Shown: one piece after another, positions 1 through 8,957 of the stretch
Layout of the letters: each line of letters starts with the position of its first letter
Position numbering within the stretch: position 1 is the stretch's first letter
The notes under the pieces: generated by a model
What the model was told of the DNA's origin: nothing
The model's database searches: none
Seen by the model: only the letters and a program-made list of their open reading frames with translations
Made by a program: the position numbers and the translations under genes
NCBI GenBank assembly: GCA_038205745.1
Contig: JBBRBM010000001.1
Span: 35,516 to 99,515 of the forward strand
From: Verrucomicrobiota bacterium
GTDB taxonomy: Bacteria; Verrucomicrobiota; Verrucomicrobiia; Limisphaerales; SIBH01
Reading direction: 5' to 3'
Length of the DNA stretch: 64,000 nucleotides

Positions 1-1095
1 AGTGCGCAGCTCCCGCACGTTTCCCGGCCACGGATATTTCATCAGCGCGTCCATGGCGTCGGGTGCGATCCCGTCCACCTTTTTCGCGTTCTCCGCGGCG
101 AACTCTTTGGCAAAGCTCTGCGCGAGCAACGGCACATCGTCCATGCGTTCACGGAGCGGCGGCAGATGAATCTCCAGGACACGCAAACGAAAGAACAAAT
201 CCTCCCGGAACGTCCCTTCCTTCACGAGTTGCGCGAGGTTCTTGTTGGTGGCTGCGATCAATCGCACGTCAGCACTCAGAGTCTTGTTCGAGCCAACTCG
301 TTCAAATGTTCGCTCACCCAAAAACCGCAGCAGCTTCACCTGCGTGGTCGGATCGATCTCGCCAATTTCATCCAGGAACAGCGTTCCGCCCTGCGCTTGT
401 TCGAATCGTCCCACGCGCCGTTCGTGCGCACCGGTGAAGGCGCCCCGCTCGTGCCCGAAGAGTTCGCTCTCCAGCAGCGTCGGGGACAGCGCGGCGCAGT
501 GAATCGTCACCATGAGTGCGCTCTTGCGCGGACTAAGTTGATGAATTGCCTTGGCGATCAACTCCTTGCCCGTGCCGCTTTCGCCAGAGATCAAGACCGT
601 CGTGCGCGCAGGCGCAACGGCGCGCACGAGCTCGAACACTTCCTCCATCCCCCGCGTGTTGCCGATGATGTTCTCCACGCCGAACCGCGTATCGAGCCGT
701 TGTTTCAGCGTAACGTTTTCGGTCTCCAACTTCTGCTGGCGCATGGCGCGTTGGATGCGCATCTCCAGCTCGTCGATCTGCAGTCGTCCCTTGGCGATGT
801 AATCATCCGCGCCGCTTTTCATCGCTTCGACGGCGAGTTCCTCCGAGCCGTAGGCGGTCATGAGGATACAGATGGGCGCATGGGGCAACGCTTTGGCGCG
901 CTTGATGAGATTCATCCCGTCCTCGTTGGGCAGGCGGAAGTCGGTGAGGAGCACGTCGAACTTTTCCTCTTCGAGCAATACGAGCGCGCCCGCCGCGTCC
1001 TCGGCAGTGTAGACGTCGTAACGATCCTCCAGCGCCGCGCGTAAACCTTCGCGCGACGTTTTCTCGTCATCCACAATGAGCAACATGGGGTTCAT
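1..1095 (-). CDS. sigma-54-dependent Fis-family response regulator (NtrC-like); its C-terminus runs off the window start
   Basis: It is missing from the ORF track because it has no stop in the window. Reverse translation from the ATG at 1095 gives MNPMLLIVDDEKTSREGL (receiver), then VLISGESGTGKE (Walker A) and GHERGAFTGA (sigma54-contact loop). The + ORF 166..1044 is its antisense shadow. Confidence 0.9.
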   Translation of the reverse strand, partial: MNPMLLIVDDEKTSREGLRAALEDRYDVYTAEDAAGALVLLEEEKFDVLLTDFRLPNEDGMNLIKRAKALPHAPICILMTAYGSEELAVEAMKSGADDYIAKGRLQIDELEMRIQRAMRQQKLETENVTLKQRLDTRFGVENIIGNTRGMEEVFELVRAVAPARTTVLISGESGTGKELIAKAIHQLSPRKSALMVTIHCAALSPTLLESELFGHERGAFTGAHERRVGRFEQAQGGTLFLDEIGEIDPTTQVKLLRFLGERTFERVGSNKTLSADVRLIAATNKNLAQLVKEGTFREDLFFRLRVLEIHLPPLRERMDDVPLLAQSFAKEFAAENAKKVDGIAPDAMDALMKYPWPGNVRELRT

Positions 1096-1321
1096 GAGCT
1101 GGCGCGGGTGAAGGTGTGAAGTTCCGCAATCGTTGTCGAGAGCGTGTTCACAAAGCACCCGCCCGCAAACCTTCCGCGGTATCCCAGCACGCTTGAAATT
1201 GGAATCGCGAACGCAATGGCGTCACGGAAAAGGTTCAGTGGCGCACGGCGCGAAAAAGCTCGAAACCGTCTCGCCCTGAAACGCGGAGATCAGGATTACA
1301 GGCTACGATTGAGAATACGAA

Positions 1322-3355
1322 TCAGTTGGATGACTGCGGCAAAAACAGCTTCACCACCCCGTGATGCGACACATCAGACGACGGAATCTCCAGCTTGCCG
1401 TGGTGGGTCTCCAGAATCTTGCGCGTCACCGTGAGCCCCAGCCCCAGCCCGACCGTGCGCGTGGTGAAGAATGGCGCGGGAACTTTCTGCGCCATCTCCG
1501 CCGTGAAGCCCTCTCCGTTATCATGCACTTCCACTTCCGCAAGACGACGGCCTTTGCCATTGAAACCTTGGTCGATCTTCACCTTCACCGAGATCTTCGC
1601 GTTCTTCGGATTGGCCTGGAACGCATTGAGAAAGATTTCGAGGAACGCATGCTTGAGCGCCCCACGATCCCCCGTGACCACCGGCGGCGCCGAGGCGGAA
1701 TCGAACTTGAGCAATGCCGACTTCACCTGCTGATGCGCCTGCGCTTCGCGGAAAGCTTCCTCCACCAACGGCCCCAGCGGGAAAGATTCCTCCCCCGCCA
1801 CCGTATCGCGCGCGAGGAAACGCATCTGGTTTACCAAACGGTTAATTCGCTTCACGCCATCCGCCAGCGCTTCCTCCAGCGAGCCGCGGAAATCGGGATC
1901 AAGGAATTGATCCGCGATCAACTGCTGGTGCGTCGAAATCGGAACGAGCGCATTGCCGATCTCATGCGCCAGCCGATCCGCCATGGACTTGATGAGCCGC
2001 AGATTGTTGGTCTCGACTTCGAGCGTATGGAGTTGCTCGTCCTGCGTGTGATCCTCCACCACCATCAGCGCCGAATCCGGCAGCGCGCCCGGCCGCGTTT
2101 GCAAGGGAACGATCGAGATTTGGTAAATCGAATGTTTCGTATCGGCGGGCTGAAAACGAAATGGCGCCAGTGCCGCGCCGGACTTCAACACCTGATAAAC
2201 CTTGCTCCCGAGCACGACCGGCAGATCGCTGAACTGCAGCTCGACCGAGCGCTTCGATCCCACGAGAAACTTCCGCGCCGTGTCATTGCAGTGAAGGATG
2301 TTCAGGTCCCGGCCGACCACGATGCAGCCGCTGTTAAGCTGGCGCAGGATGCCGGTGAGCATGTTCTGGTTCGCCACGAGCTGGTCGTGAAACCAGACGT
2401 TCCGGATCGCGAGTCCCATCTCTTCCAAAAGATGAAAGATGATCTCGAGCTCTTCGCGTGAAAGCGGCTCGCCGGTGATGCGCCCATCGAGGGCCATCAG
2501 GCCGACCAATGTCTGCCGATCAAGAATCGGGACGACCACCTGCGTGTTCAGCACCGCGAACTCGCGCGTGATTTCTGAATCGTTCTGCGCCTCGGCGCTG
2601 TCACGCCAGAGAATCCGTCCGTGACGGAAAATATGCGCGCCAATGCCGGTTTCCAGCGACATCTCCATCTGGTCCACCACGCTGTTGGACAGTCCGATCG
2701 CGTAGGCCGAGCGGAGAAAACGTCCGCCGCCCATCGACGGCGCGTTGCCGATCGCGAGTTCCGGCTGGCGCAGAAAAATCGCGGCGCGCCCGACGCCGGT
2801 AATCTCACGAAGCTGGAGGAGAAATTGTTTCAGCAACATCTCGGTGCTGAGCGAGTTCGCGAGCAGGCTCGAAAACTCGCGCCATTTTTGAAGTGAACGC
2901 AACGTCGCTTCGTTGGCGGCACGCGTCGCCACCTCGGGCATCGCAATGGGCGCCAGGCGCACGGGCAAATTGGACGTCGCCGGAGCGGGAGCGGCCTGAG
3001 CGGAGTGCGGCTGGTCGAGAACCGCTTCGAGCATGCGCGCCCGCACCGGCTTGCGCAGCACGTGTTTAACGCCGGCAAGGTATGCCTCTTCCTCGAGCGA
3101 CCACTTTGCTTCATCGCAGAACACGATGATCGGCGCATTCGGCACACGACGGCGAATGCGTTCGAAGACCCACATGCCGGCCGTGTCAACCACCGGAGCA
3201 TCAATGATGCACGCGTTGAGCAGCGCGTGTTCCAACAAAGGTTCTGCTTCAGTCACATCAATGCGATGGACCACCCGGAAGCGCTCTGGATCGAGCGCCG
3301 CACGGATCGAATCGGCCAGCTCAGGATGGTGAGCAAGGACCAAAATGGTTTTCAT
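1322..3355 (-). CDS. sensor histidine kinase: degenerate receiver, GAF, PAS, HisKA, HATPase
   Basis: 677-aa ORF. N-terminus MKTILVLAHHPELA is receiver-like. HisKA H-box is LAHEIGNALVPI. The ATPase has VHDNGEGF and GLGLGLTVTRKILETHHGKLEI. Confidence 0.9.
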   Translation of the reverse strand: MKTILVLAHHPELADSIRAALDPERFRVVHRIDVTEAEPLLEHALLNACIIDAPVVDTAGMWVFERIRRRVPNAPIIVFCDEAKWSLEEEAYLAGVKHVLRKPVRARMLEAVLDQPHSAQAAPAPATSNLPVRLAPIAMPEVATRAANEATLRSLQKWREFSSLLANSLSTEMLLKQFLLQLREITGVGRAAIFLRQPELAIGNAPSMGGGRFLRSAYAIGLSNSVVDQMEMSLETGIGAHIFRHGRILWRDSAEAQNDSEITREFAVLNTQVVVPILDRQTLVGLMALDGRITGEPLSREELEIIFHLLEEMGLAIRNVWFHDQLVANQNMLTGILRQLNSGCIVVGRDLNILHCNDTARKFLVGSKRSVELQFSDLPVVLGSKVYQVLKSGAALAPFRFQPADTKHSIYQISIVPLQTRPGALPDSALMVVEDHTQDEQLHTLEVETNNLRLIKSMADRLAHEIGNALVPISTHQQLIADQFLDPDFRGSLEEALADGVKRINRLVNQMRFLARDTVAGEESFPLGPLVEEAFREAQAHQQVKSALLKFDSASAPPVVTGDRGALKHAFLEIFLNAFQANPKNAKISVKVKIDQGFNGKGRRLAEVEVHDNGEGFTAEMAQKVPAPFFTTRTVGLGLGLTVTRKILETHHGKLEIPSSDVSHHGVVKLFLPQSSN

Positions 3356-3594
3356 GTCAGAGGTTTCAATGAGTCAGACTTCACGCACATCCGCTGGCTC
3401 GCGGAGAGTAAGGCGTGATTGAGGTTGGGTAGCAATCCATTTGCTTCAGCCACCAAAATTTCCTGTGCGTCGATCACCAGAAGTGCCACGGCGACAGTTG
3501 TAACGGGCCTTAAGCTGGTGGAACAATCCGCACGCGTACGAAGTGGCCAGTCGGGGAAAGGACGAAGAAAATCCCCGCGGATGGCGCACTTCAT
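3352..3594 (-). CDS. hypothetical 80-aa protein, overlap-coupled to both neighbouring genes
   Basis: Its ATG (3592-3594) overlaps the TGA of the upstream gene (3591-3593). Its TGA (3352-3354) overlaps the ATG of the downstream gene (3353-3355). The frame stays open across the whole 235-nt gap. I recognised no motif, and GC3 is only moderate. Confidence 0.35.
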   Translation of the reverse strand: MKCAIRGDFLRPFPDWPLRTRADCSTSLRPVTTVAVALLVIDAQEILVAEANGLLPNLNHALLSASQRMCVKSDSLKPLT

Positions 3595-4844
3595 CGCGCG
3601 GAGAGAAGCTTCTCCCAAAGCGCGTCCGTCTGACTGATCTTCTTGAACAGCTCGGTGCCCTGCGGAGAAACCGCGACGCGGTTCGGTGTGATGGGCAGCT
3701 CAATACTGAACTCGGTCCCCTGCCCCGGCGCGCTATGGGCCTCGAGCTTTCCGCCGTGGTAGTGAACGATGAAATAACACGCCATGAGGTTGATCCCATG
3801 CTCGGTCGGACTGTCGCTGCGCGCATTGAACGGATCGAAAATCGTGTCGAGAATTTCCTGAGAGAGTCCAGGGCCGTTATCTCGCACAGTAACAATAATG
3901 TGTTCAGGTTTGTCCAATGGGGTATGCGCCGAGATCGAGATCCGGCTTCCGGCCGGAAGGCTGACAATTTCATCTTTCAAGAGAAGCTCGAACATCCGCG
4001 TGAATTTCGCCTTGTCGACGGTCAACGTCGGGAGCAGATCGGGCAGCGCCAATTCCACGGTGATGTTCTTCGCCGCCAGCGCATCACGCATCCGCGCCAT
4101 GGTTTCATTCGCCACGTCGCTGAGTTGGACTTGATCGGTGAAGCCCAGTGAGGGCGTCTCGGCAATCACCCACAGTTCCTTCAACAAATTATCGATCTTC
4201 ACCACGTATTGATCCGCAGTTTGCTGATACTCGGTCCAGAACTCCGGCGCTTTCGATTTCTCCGGGTCGATGCCTTCTTCGCGAAGCTGCTGCGGCACCA
4301 GCTCGATGAAAGTTTTCACCGGCACGAGCGAGTTGCGAATGTGATGGCTCAACCCCGCAGCCATGAAGCCGAGGCTCACGACACGGTCCGAGATCATCAT
4401 GTTGTGCAGCACATCCATCTTTTCGCGCAGCAACTGATCGCGCTCGCGCTGCACGGCGAAGAGCTGGAGCGCGTGCTTGAGCGTGCTCTCCAGGAGCGGC
4501 GGATCCCACGGCTTCGTGACGAAATGGAAAATGGCTCCGGTGTTCACCGCGTCGATCATCGCCTGCATGTCCGAGTAGGCGGTGACGAGAATGCGCAGCA
4601 CGTTCGGGCGGAGCTGCCGCGCCTTGTCGAGCAGCCACACGCCATGTTCGCCCGGCATGCGCTGGTCCGTCATCAACACGCCGATATCATCCGCGTGTTG
4701 CTCGAACAGTTTCAAACCTTCCACGGCCGTCTTCGCGGTGAGGATTCTGAATTGCTCGTTGAAGGCGCGATCGAAGCTCTTGAGCGAACGCTCTTCGTCG
4801 TCGACGTAGAGAACGTAATAGCGGCGTAAACCTTGGGTGGACAT
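3591..4844 (-). CDS. receiver domain fused to a HisKA-HATPase kinase-like output (PhcR-like architecture)
   Basis: 417 aa. The receiver has YVLYVDDEERSL, LMTDQRMPG and FHFVTKPWDP. The H-box is GLSHHIRNSLVPVKTF. The ATPase has VRDNGPGLS and GQGTEFSIELP. Confidence 0.9.
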   Translation of the reverse strand: MSTQGLRRYYVLYVDDEERSLKSFDRAFNEQFRILTAKTAVEGLKLFEQHADDIGVLMTDQRMPGEHGVWLLDKARQLRPNVLRILVTAYSDMQAMIDAVNTGAIFHFVTKPWDPPLLESTLKHALQLFAVQRERDQLLREKMDVLHNMMISDRVVSLGFMAAGLSHHIRNSLVPVKTFIELVPQQLREEGIDPEKSKAPEFWTEYQQTADQYVVKIDNLLKELWVIAETPSLGFTDQVQLSDVANETMARMRDALAAKNITVELALPDLLPTLTVDKAKFTRMFELLLKDEIVSLPAGSRISISAHTPLDKPEHIIVTVRDNGPGLSQEILDTIFDPFNARSDSPTEHGINLMACYFIVHYHGGKLEAHSAPGQGTEFSIELPITPNRVAVSPQGTELFKKISQTDALWEKLLSAR

Positions 4845-4846
4845 GG

Positions 4847-6235
4847 TCAGGCGGCGATGGATTCGGCGGCGACCGCCGGCAACGAAACGGTGAACTCACA
4901 AAACTTCCCGCGCTCGCTGCGCACAGAAATCTTGCCGTGGCAATCCGACACGATCCGGTAGCAAATGCTCAGGCCCATGCCCATGCCTTTGCCGACGTCG
5001 CGTGTCGTGAAAAACGGATCAAAAATCTTCGCGAGGTTTTGCTCCTCAATGCCTTCGCCATTGTCGCGCACGGCGATGATCGCGCTGCCGTCCTCGATGC
5101 GTCCGGAGATCACGATCTTCGGCGGCTCATCCGATGCGGGCCGATCCTTCAATGCATCGAGCGCATTCTGGATGAGGTTCACGAACACTTGCATCAGCTT
5201 GTTGCGGTTCGCGCGGCACGCGACGTTCGACGGCACCTGTTGCTCGATCACGACTTTGTCCTTCCACTCATTGCTGAGGAATCGAAGCGAGGTGCTCACC
5301 ACTTCAGCGAGGGACACATCGTCGATCTGTGCTGCGTCGGGATGCGTGAATGAGCGCAGGTCCGAAACAATATTCTTCACGCGCTGCAAACCATCGTTGA
5401 TGTCCTGCAATACTTCGCTGAAGTCGGACGGCTTCTCCCGCGCCAGCCGCTCGCCCTGCTGGCGCAGCGTGTAGAGCGCGGTCGTGGCGAAGTTCAGCGG
5501 ATTGTTGATCTCGTGGATGATGCCGGCACTGAGGCGCCCGAGCGACACGATCTTCTCCGTCTGGATGAGTTGCAGCTCCGTTTCCTTCAACTGGCGCAAT
5601 GTTTCTTCAAGCACGCGATTCTGATGCGCAAGCGCCTCACGGTTTTTATCGAGCTGATAGCGCGATGCGAATTCACTGAAGCGCAGCCGGCTGTGAAAAT
5701 AAGTGCCTGTGACGATGACAATGCCCGGGGCGATGAGGAACGCGAGATTGTTGCTGAACCAACTGTGAAAATCGACTGGCGTGCGTAGCGTGCATGCAAT
5801 CAGGTAACTCAACAGCACGATGAGCACGCCTGCGACGCTCTGCCAAAAAGTCCAGTCCAGCACCACCGCCAGCACCATCAGAACAAGCGTTAGCCCAGCG
5901 TAGTACGGTGAGTTGGGAGGATCTTTCACCGTATAAATCATCCAGGAGATGCAAATGGTCGGCAGCGACAATAAGACCAGCCCTTGAAGACGGAAAAATT
6001 TTCGACTGAGACGAGTACCCAACAGCGGATAAAGCGCGGCCATCATCAGGGAGCACGCGATCCGTAGTTTCAGGAAAAACACCACGTGCTCCTCGTAAAC
6101 CAAGCGGTCCAGCACGGTGAACATTGGCACCAGCACGATGCCGATGATGCAACCCCAGCGGGTCTTGCTGATCGTCAGCGCGCGCTCGTGCTCCCGATGC
6201 TCCTCCGCAATTTCTCTGGAAGTAACTTCTCTCAT
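4847..6235 (-). CDS. polytopic-membrane sensor histidine kinase (PhcS-like position)
   Basis: I trimmed the start to the ATG at 6235, which overlaps the stop of the upstream gene (ATGA at 6232-6235). It has about 6 hydrophobic segments. The H-box is [13 protein letters not shown]. The ATPase has [11 protein letters not shown] and [17 protein letters not shown]. Confidence 0.88.
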   Translation of the reverse strand: MREVTSREIAEEHREHERALTISKTRWGCIIGIVLVPMFTVLDRLVYEEHVVFFLKLRIACSLMMAALYPLLGTRLSRKFFRLQGLVLLSLPTICISWMIYTVKDPPNSPYYAGLTLVLMVLAVVLDWTFWQSVAGVLIVLLSYLIACTLRTPVDFHSWFSNNLAFLIAPGIVIVTGTYFHSRLRFSEFASRYQLDKNREALAHQNRVLEETLRQLKETELQLIQTEKIVSLGRLSAGIIHEINNPLNFATTALYTLRQQGERLAREKPSDFSEVLQDINDGLQRVKNIVSDLRSFTHPDAAQIDDVSLAEVVSTSLRFLSNEWKDKVVIEQQVPSNVACRANRNKLMQVFVNLIQNALDALKDRPASDEPPKIVISGRIEDGSAIIAVRDNGEGIEEQNLAKIFDPFFTTRDVGKGMGMGLSICYRIVSDCHGKISVRSERGKFCEFTVSLPAVAAESIAA

Positions 6236-7626
6236 GCCGGTCGGCGCGATTCCAGGAAGAGGTTCACCGCCGTTGGCTCGGCAATCACCGCATTCTCGGC
6301 GGCGGGATCGTCTGGCACGAAGCGCCACAAGCGGGCGCTGTCGCGATAGATCAAATGCCAGTCGAGCACGAACTCGATGAAATTCCGGAAGGGCTTCGCG
6401 TCGTGCATGTTCGCGACGCACACCAGCCCGCCGGGCTCGATCATGTTGTAGAAAACCTGCACGAGCGCCTTGCAGGTGGCGTCGGCGAGATAGTCGTAGA
6501 GGCCGGCGCAGTAAACGAAGTCGTACGTCTCCTTCGTCACCACAGCCGCCGCCGGACGTTTCACCGCGCTGCGCAACAAGGTGTGGACGGACATGTGCCG
6601 CGTCTCAAGCGTCGCCATAGGTGCGAACTGCCGGCGAGTTTCCTCAAACTGTTCGCGCGCATACTTCAACGTCTCCTCATTGAAGTCCACGAACGTGAAG
6701 TCCGCATGATTGCCCAGCGCGCTCTCGCGCAGAAAATATTGCACCTCGCGTCCGGGACCGCAGCCCACGTTCAGGATGCGCGCGCGCCGGCCCGAGCGCA
6801 CCACGCGCGCCACTTCGTTGATCAGCTTCTGCTTGAGATGCGCGATGCGCAGCCGCACCGACTCTGCGGGCCACTGGCTCACGAGCAGCGCGTGCATCGC
6901 CTTGGCAAACAGCGTGTCCCCCTCCGGCGCGTTGCGATGGATCATGTCCATCATCTCGTAATCTCCGGCGTAGCCGAGCGGTTTGTAGAACGTGCGGTAG
7001 CCAAACGGCGTGCAAAGGAAGTATGGGCCCCATTCCCGCCACGTGAAATTGTGGTGCGCCTCGCGCAGTTCAGGCTCGATACGATACGCGATCTCCTCGA
7101 ACCGTTCGTGCAGCGCATTGAATGAATTAATCACGCGCGGCGCGAGATCCTCGATGAAGCGTTGCTCCTCCTGATCCGCCGTGCCGTTGTTGTTCGCACG
7201 CAACGTGAGTTGCACGTAATCGAGCCAGCGCTGTACCTGGGAAAGCAGGATCGTCACATCAGTCACCACGATCTTGAACTCGGGAAGGATGCGATAGCCG
7301 GTCAGCCACCTTTTCTGAAATTCCGCAAATGACACCGCACCTTCCGAGAGCATGGCTGTGTTCACGCCACGTTCATCAAGCAGCGCCCGGCACGTAATGT
7401 GATTGCCGTGGTTCACCATGCTGGAGACCGTCGCCTTGCCTTCGTAAAGCGTCTGCTCGCGCAGCTTCAGGCTGAACTGGGGAAGCACTTCGGACATGCG
7501 CAGCGAATCATCCGGGGCGTAAAGGTCAAACACCGCTTCGAAACGGCCAAGCTTGACGAGGTGACCCTCGAACTCCTCGCCGCGGCTGGTCGCAAAACGA
7601 AGCGACGCTTCAATTTCTTCTTTCAT
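6232..7626 (-). CDS. large class I SAM-dependent methyltransferase with a non-catalytic N-terminal region of about 250 aa (PhcB-like)
   Basis: Motif I is ARILNVGCGPGREV. The post-I region reads DFVYCAGLYDYLADATCKALV...IEPGGLVCVANM. I chose the ATG at 7626 (MKEEIEASL). An alternative GTG lies at 7656. Confidence 0.85.
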   Translation of the reverse strand: MKEEIEASLRFATSRGEEFEGHLVKLGRFEAVFDLYAPDDSLRMSEVLPQFSLKLREQTLYEGKATVSSMVNHGNHITCRALLDERGVNTAMLSEGAVSFAEFQKRWLTGYRILPEFKIVVTDVTILLSQVQRWLDYVQLTLRANNNGTADQEEQRFIEDLAPRVINSFNALHERFEEIAYRIEPELREAHHNFTWREWGPYFLCTPFGYRTFYKPLGYAGDYEMMDMIHRNAPEGDTLFAKAMHALLVSQWPAESVRLRIAHLKQKLINEVARVVRSGRRARILNVGCGPGREVQYFLRESALGNHADFTFVDFNEETLKYAREQFEETRRQFAPMATLETRHMSVHTLLRSAVKRPAAAVVTKETYDFVYCAGLYDYLADATCKALVQVFYNMIEPGGLVCVANMHDAKPFRNFIEFVLDWHLIYRDSARLWRFVPDDPAAENAVIAEPTAVNLFLESRRPA

Positions 7627-7793
7627 CGGAAACCAGGTGAACTGCGTCGGGCCCACCGCAAGCAGTTTTACATTGTCCGGCCATATTCATCCGGGTAATA
7701 GCTTTATCGTCCGCTTAGCGTGCAAGTAAAGTCCTGAGGGTTCGGGTGCGGTGTGCCCACACTCCAGGACGGTGTGTACGTGACGGCGGATCG

Positions 7794-8852
7794 ATGACGA
7801 CATCAACCAACGCGACCGAAACGCGCACGAGTGAACTGGAGGAAAACTTCAGTGCCGCCCTGATGGATTGCGCGCCTGTGGGAGTCATCACCGTGGACGC
7901 CACACGCCACGTCATCGCGATCAACGCCAAGGCGGAACAAATCCTCAAACTGAGTGCGGCGGAAATCATCGGGCTCGATTTTTCACGGCTGCCAGAACCG
8001 CTCGTGGACCTGGTCGACGAAGCGTTGGTCACGGGCCATTCGTCCGAGCCACATCCCCTTGGCGCCACCCACATTTCGAGACTATCCGGGCTAGCCACAA
8101 TCGCGCGCGCTTCAGATGGCCTCCTGAGTTCCGTGCTGATCGAGTTCCAGGAACTCACCACCGCGCAGGCCATTTCCGCAAACCTCGAACACCTCGACCG
8201 CCTCGCCGGCCTTGGCGTCGTGACCGCGGGGGTGGCTCACGAAATCAAAAATGCCCTCGTCGCCGTGCGGACCTTCTTCGACCTCGCCGGCCTTGGCGAA
8301 ACTGACGTCGAGTTGCGCAATGTGGCCGCCGGAGAGATTCAGCGCATCGAGAAGACCGTGCGCCAGCTCCTGCGTGGCGCGAAACGCGAGCAGTTCCGGC
8401 TCGCGCCATTGAGCGTTCACGCGCTGGTGCAGGACGCCGTCAATCTCTTGCGGCACGAATTGCAGACGCGCGAGATTCAACTCACCACGTCTTTTCACGC
8501 ACCCGTCGACCGCGTGAACGGGGACGAGCGTCAGCTCCGGCACGCGCTCGTGAACGTGCTGCTCAATGCCGTCGAAGCCATCGGTTCATCCGGGCATCTC
8601 ACGATCACCAGCGAAGTGGTGGACGCCTGGGAGCGGCAACACCTGCGCGTCAGCATCAAGGACAGTGGACCGGGAATCTCGATCGAGACTCAGGGGAAAC
8701 TCTTCAATCCATTCTTCACCACGAAGTCCGACGGCACTGGCCTCGGCCTGCCGATCAGCCAGCGCATCTTCCAGGCGCACAACGGCACGATCACTGTGGA
8801 AAGCCAGCCCGGCGTGGGCGCGACGTTTCACATGTTCCTGCCGCTGCTGTAG
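7794..8852 (+). CDS. PAS-domain sensor histidine kinase (NtrB-like, soluble)
   Basis: H-box is AGVAHEIKNALVAVRTF. The ATPase has IKDSGPGISIE and FFTTKSDGTGLGLPISQ. I chose the ATG at 7794. The track starts at a GTG at 7746. Confidence 0.88.
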   Translation: MTTSTNATETRTSELEENFSAALMDCAPVGVITVDATRHVIAINAKAEQILKLSAAEIIGLDFSRLPEPLVDLVDEALVTGHSSEPHPLGATHISRLSGLATIARASDGLLSSVLIEFQELTTAQAISANLEHLDRLAGLGVVTAGVAHEIKNALVAVRTFFDLAGLGETDVELRNVAAGEIQRIEKTVRQLLRGAKREQFRLAPLSVHALVQDAVNLLRHELQTREIQLTTSFHAPVDRVNGDERQLRHALVNVLLNAVEAIGSSGHLTITSEVVDAWERQHLRVSIKDSGPGISIETQGKLFNPFFTTKSDGTGLGLPISQRIFQAHNGTITVESQPGVGATFHMFLPLL

Positions 8853-8871
8853 AAACAAATCCCGAACGGAA

Positions 8872-8948
8872 GTCTCGCGAAGACCGCGAAGCAGACGAAG
8901 AAAAACCAGCTCACCATTCCCTCGCCGCCTTCGCGCTCGTCGCGAGAC
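8872..8948. repeat. palindromic intergenic element, family A (GTCTCGCGAAG...CGCGAAGG type), copy 1
   Basis: Left arm is gtctcgcgaagaccgcgaag. Right arm is cttcgcgctcgtcgcgagac. It lies between convergent genes. Related copies sit at 10754-10827 and 55496-55593. Confidence 0.8.
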
Positions 8949-8957
8949 ATCTCTCCC

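Noticed and set aside
166-1044. A 292-aa + strand ORF at the window start.
   Set aside because: It is the antisense shadow of a clear NtrC-type gene on the - strand (Walker A and GAFTGA readable). The product is Arg/His-rich with no motifs.
3470-3495. A TGGCAC on the - strand (complement of 3483-3488) as a possible sigma54 -24 element upstream of the REC-GAF-PAS kinase.
   Set aside because: The -12 position reads GTGA rather than TTGC/GC at the required spacing, so it is not a credible sigma54 promoter.
4847-6421. 5'-extended versions of several track ORFs (4847-6421, 29310-30203, 29906-30610, 30808-31347, 32231-32779, 34790-35452, 38109-39011, 38909-39865, 20649-21452, 9803-10504, 51398-53026).
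   Set aside because: The extensions overlap upstream genes or repeats and read as Arg-rich low-complexity sequence. Internal starts coincide with ATGA/TGATG junctions, signal peptides or family-typical N-termini.
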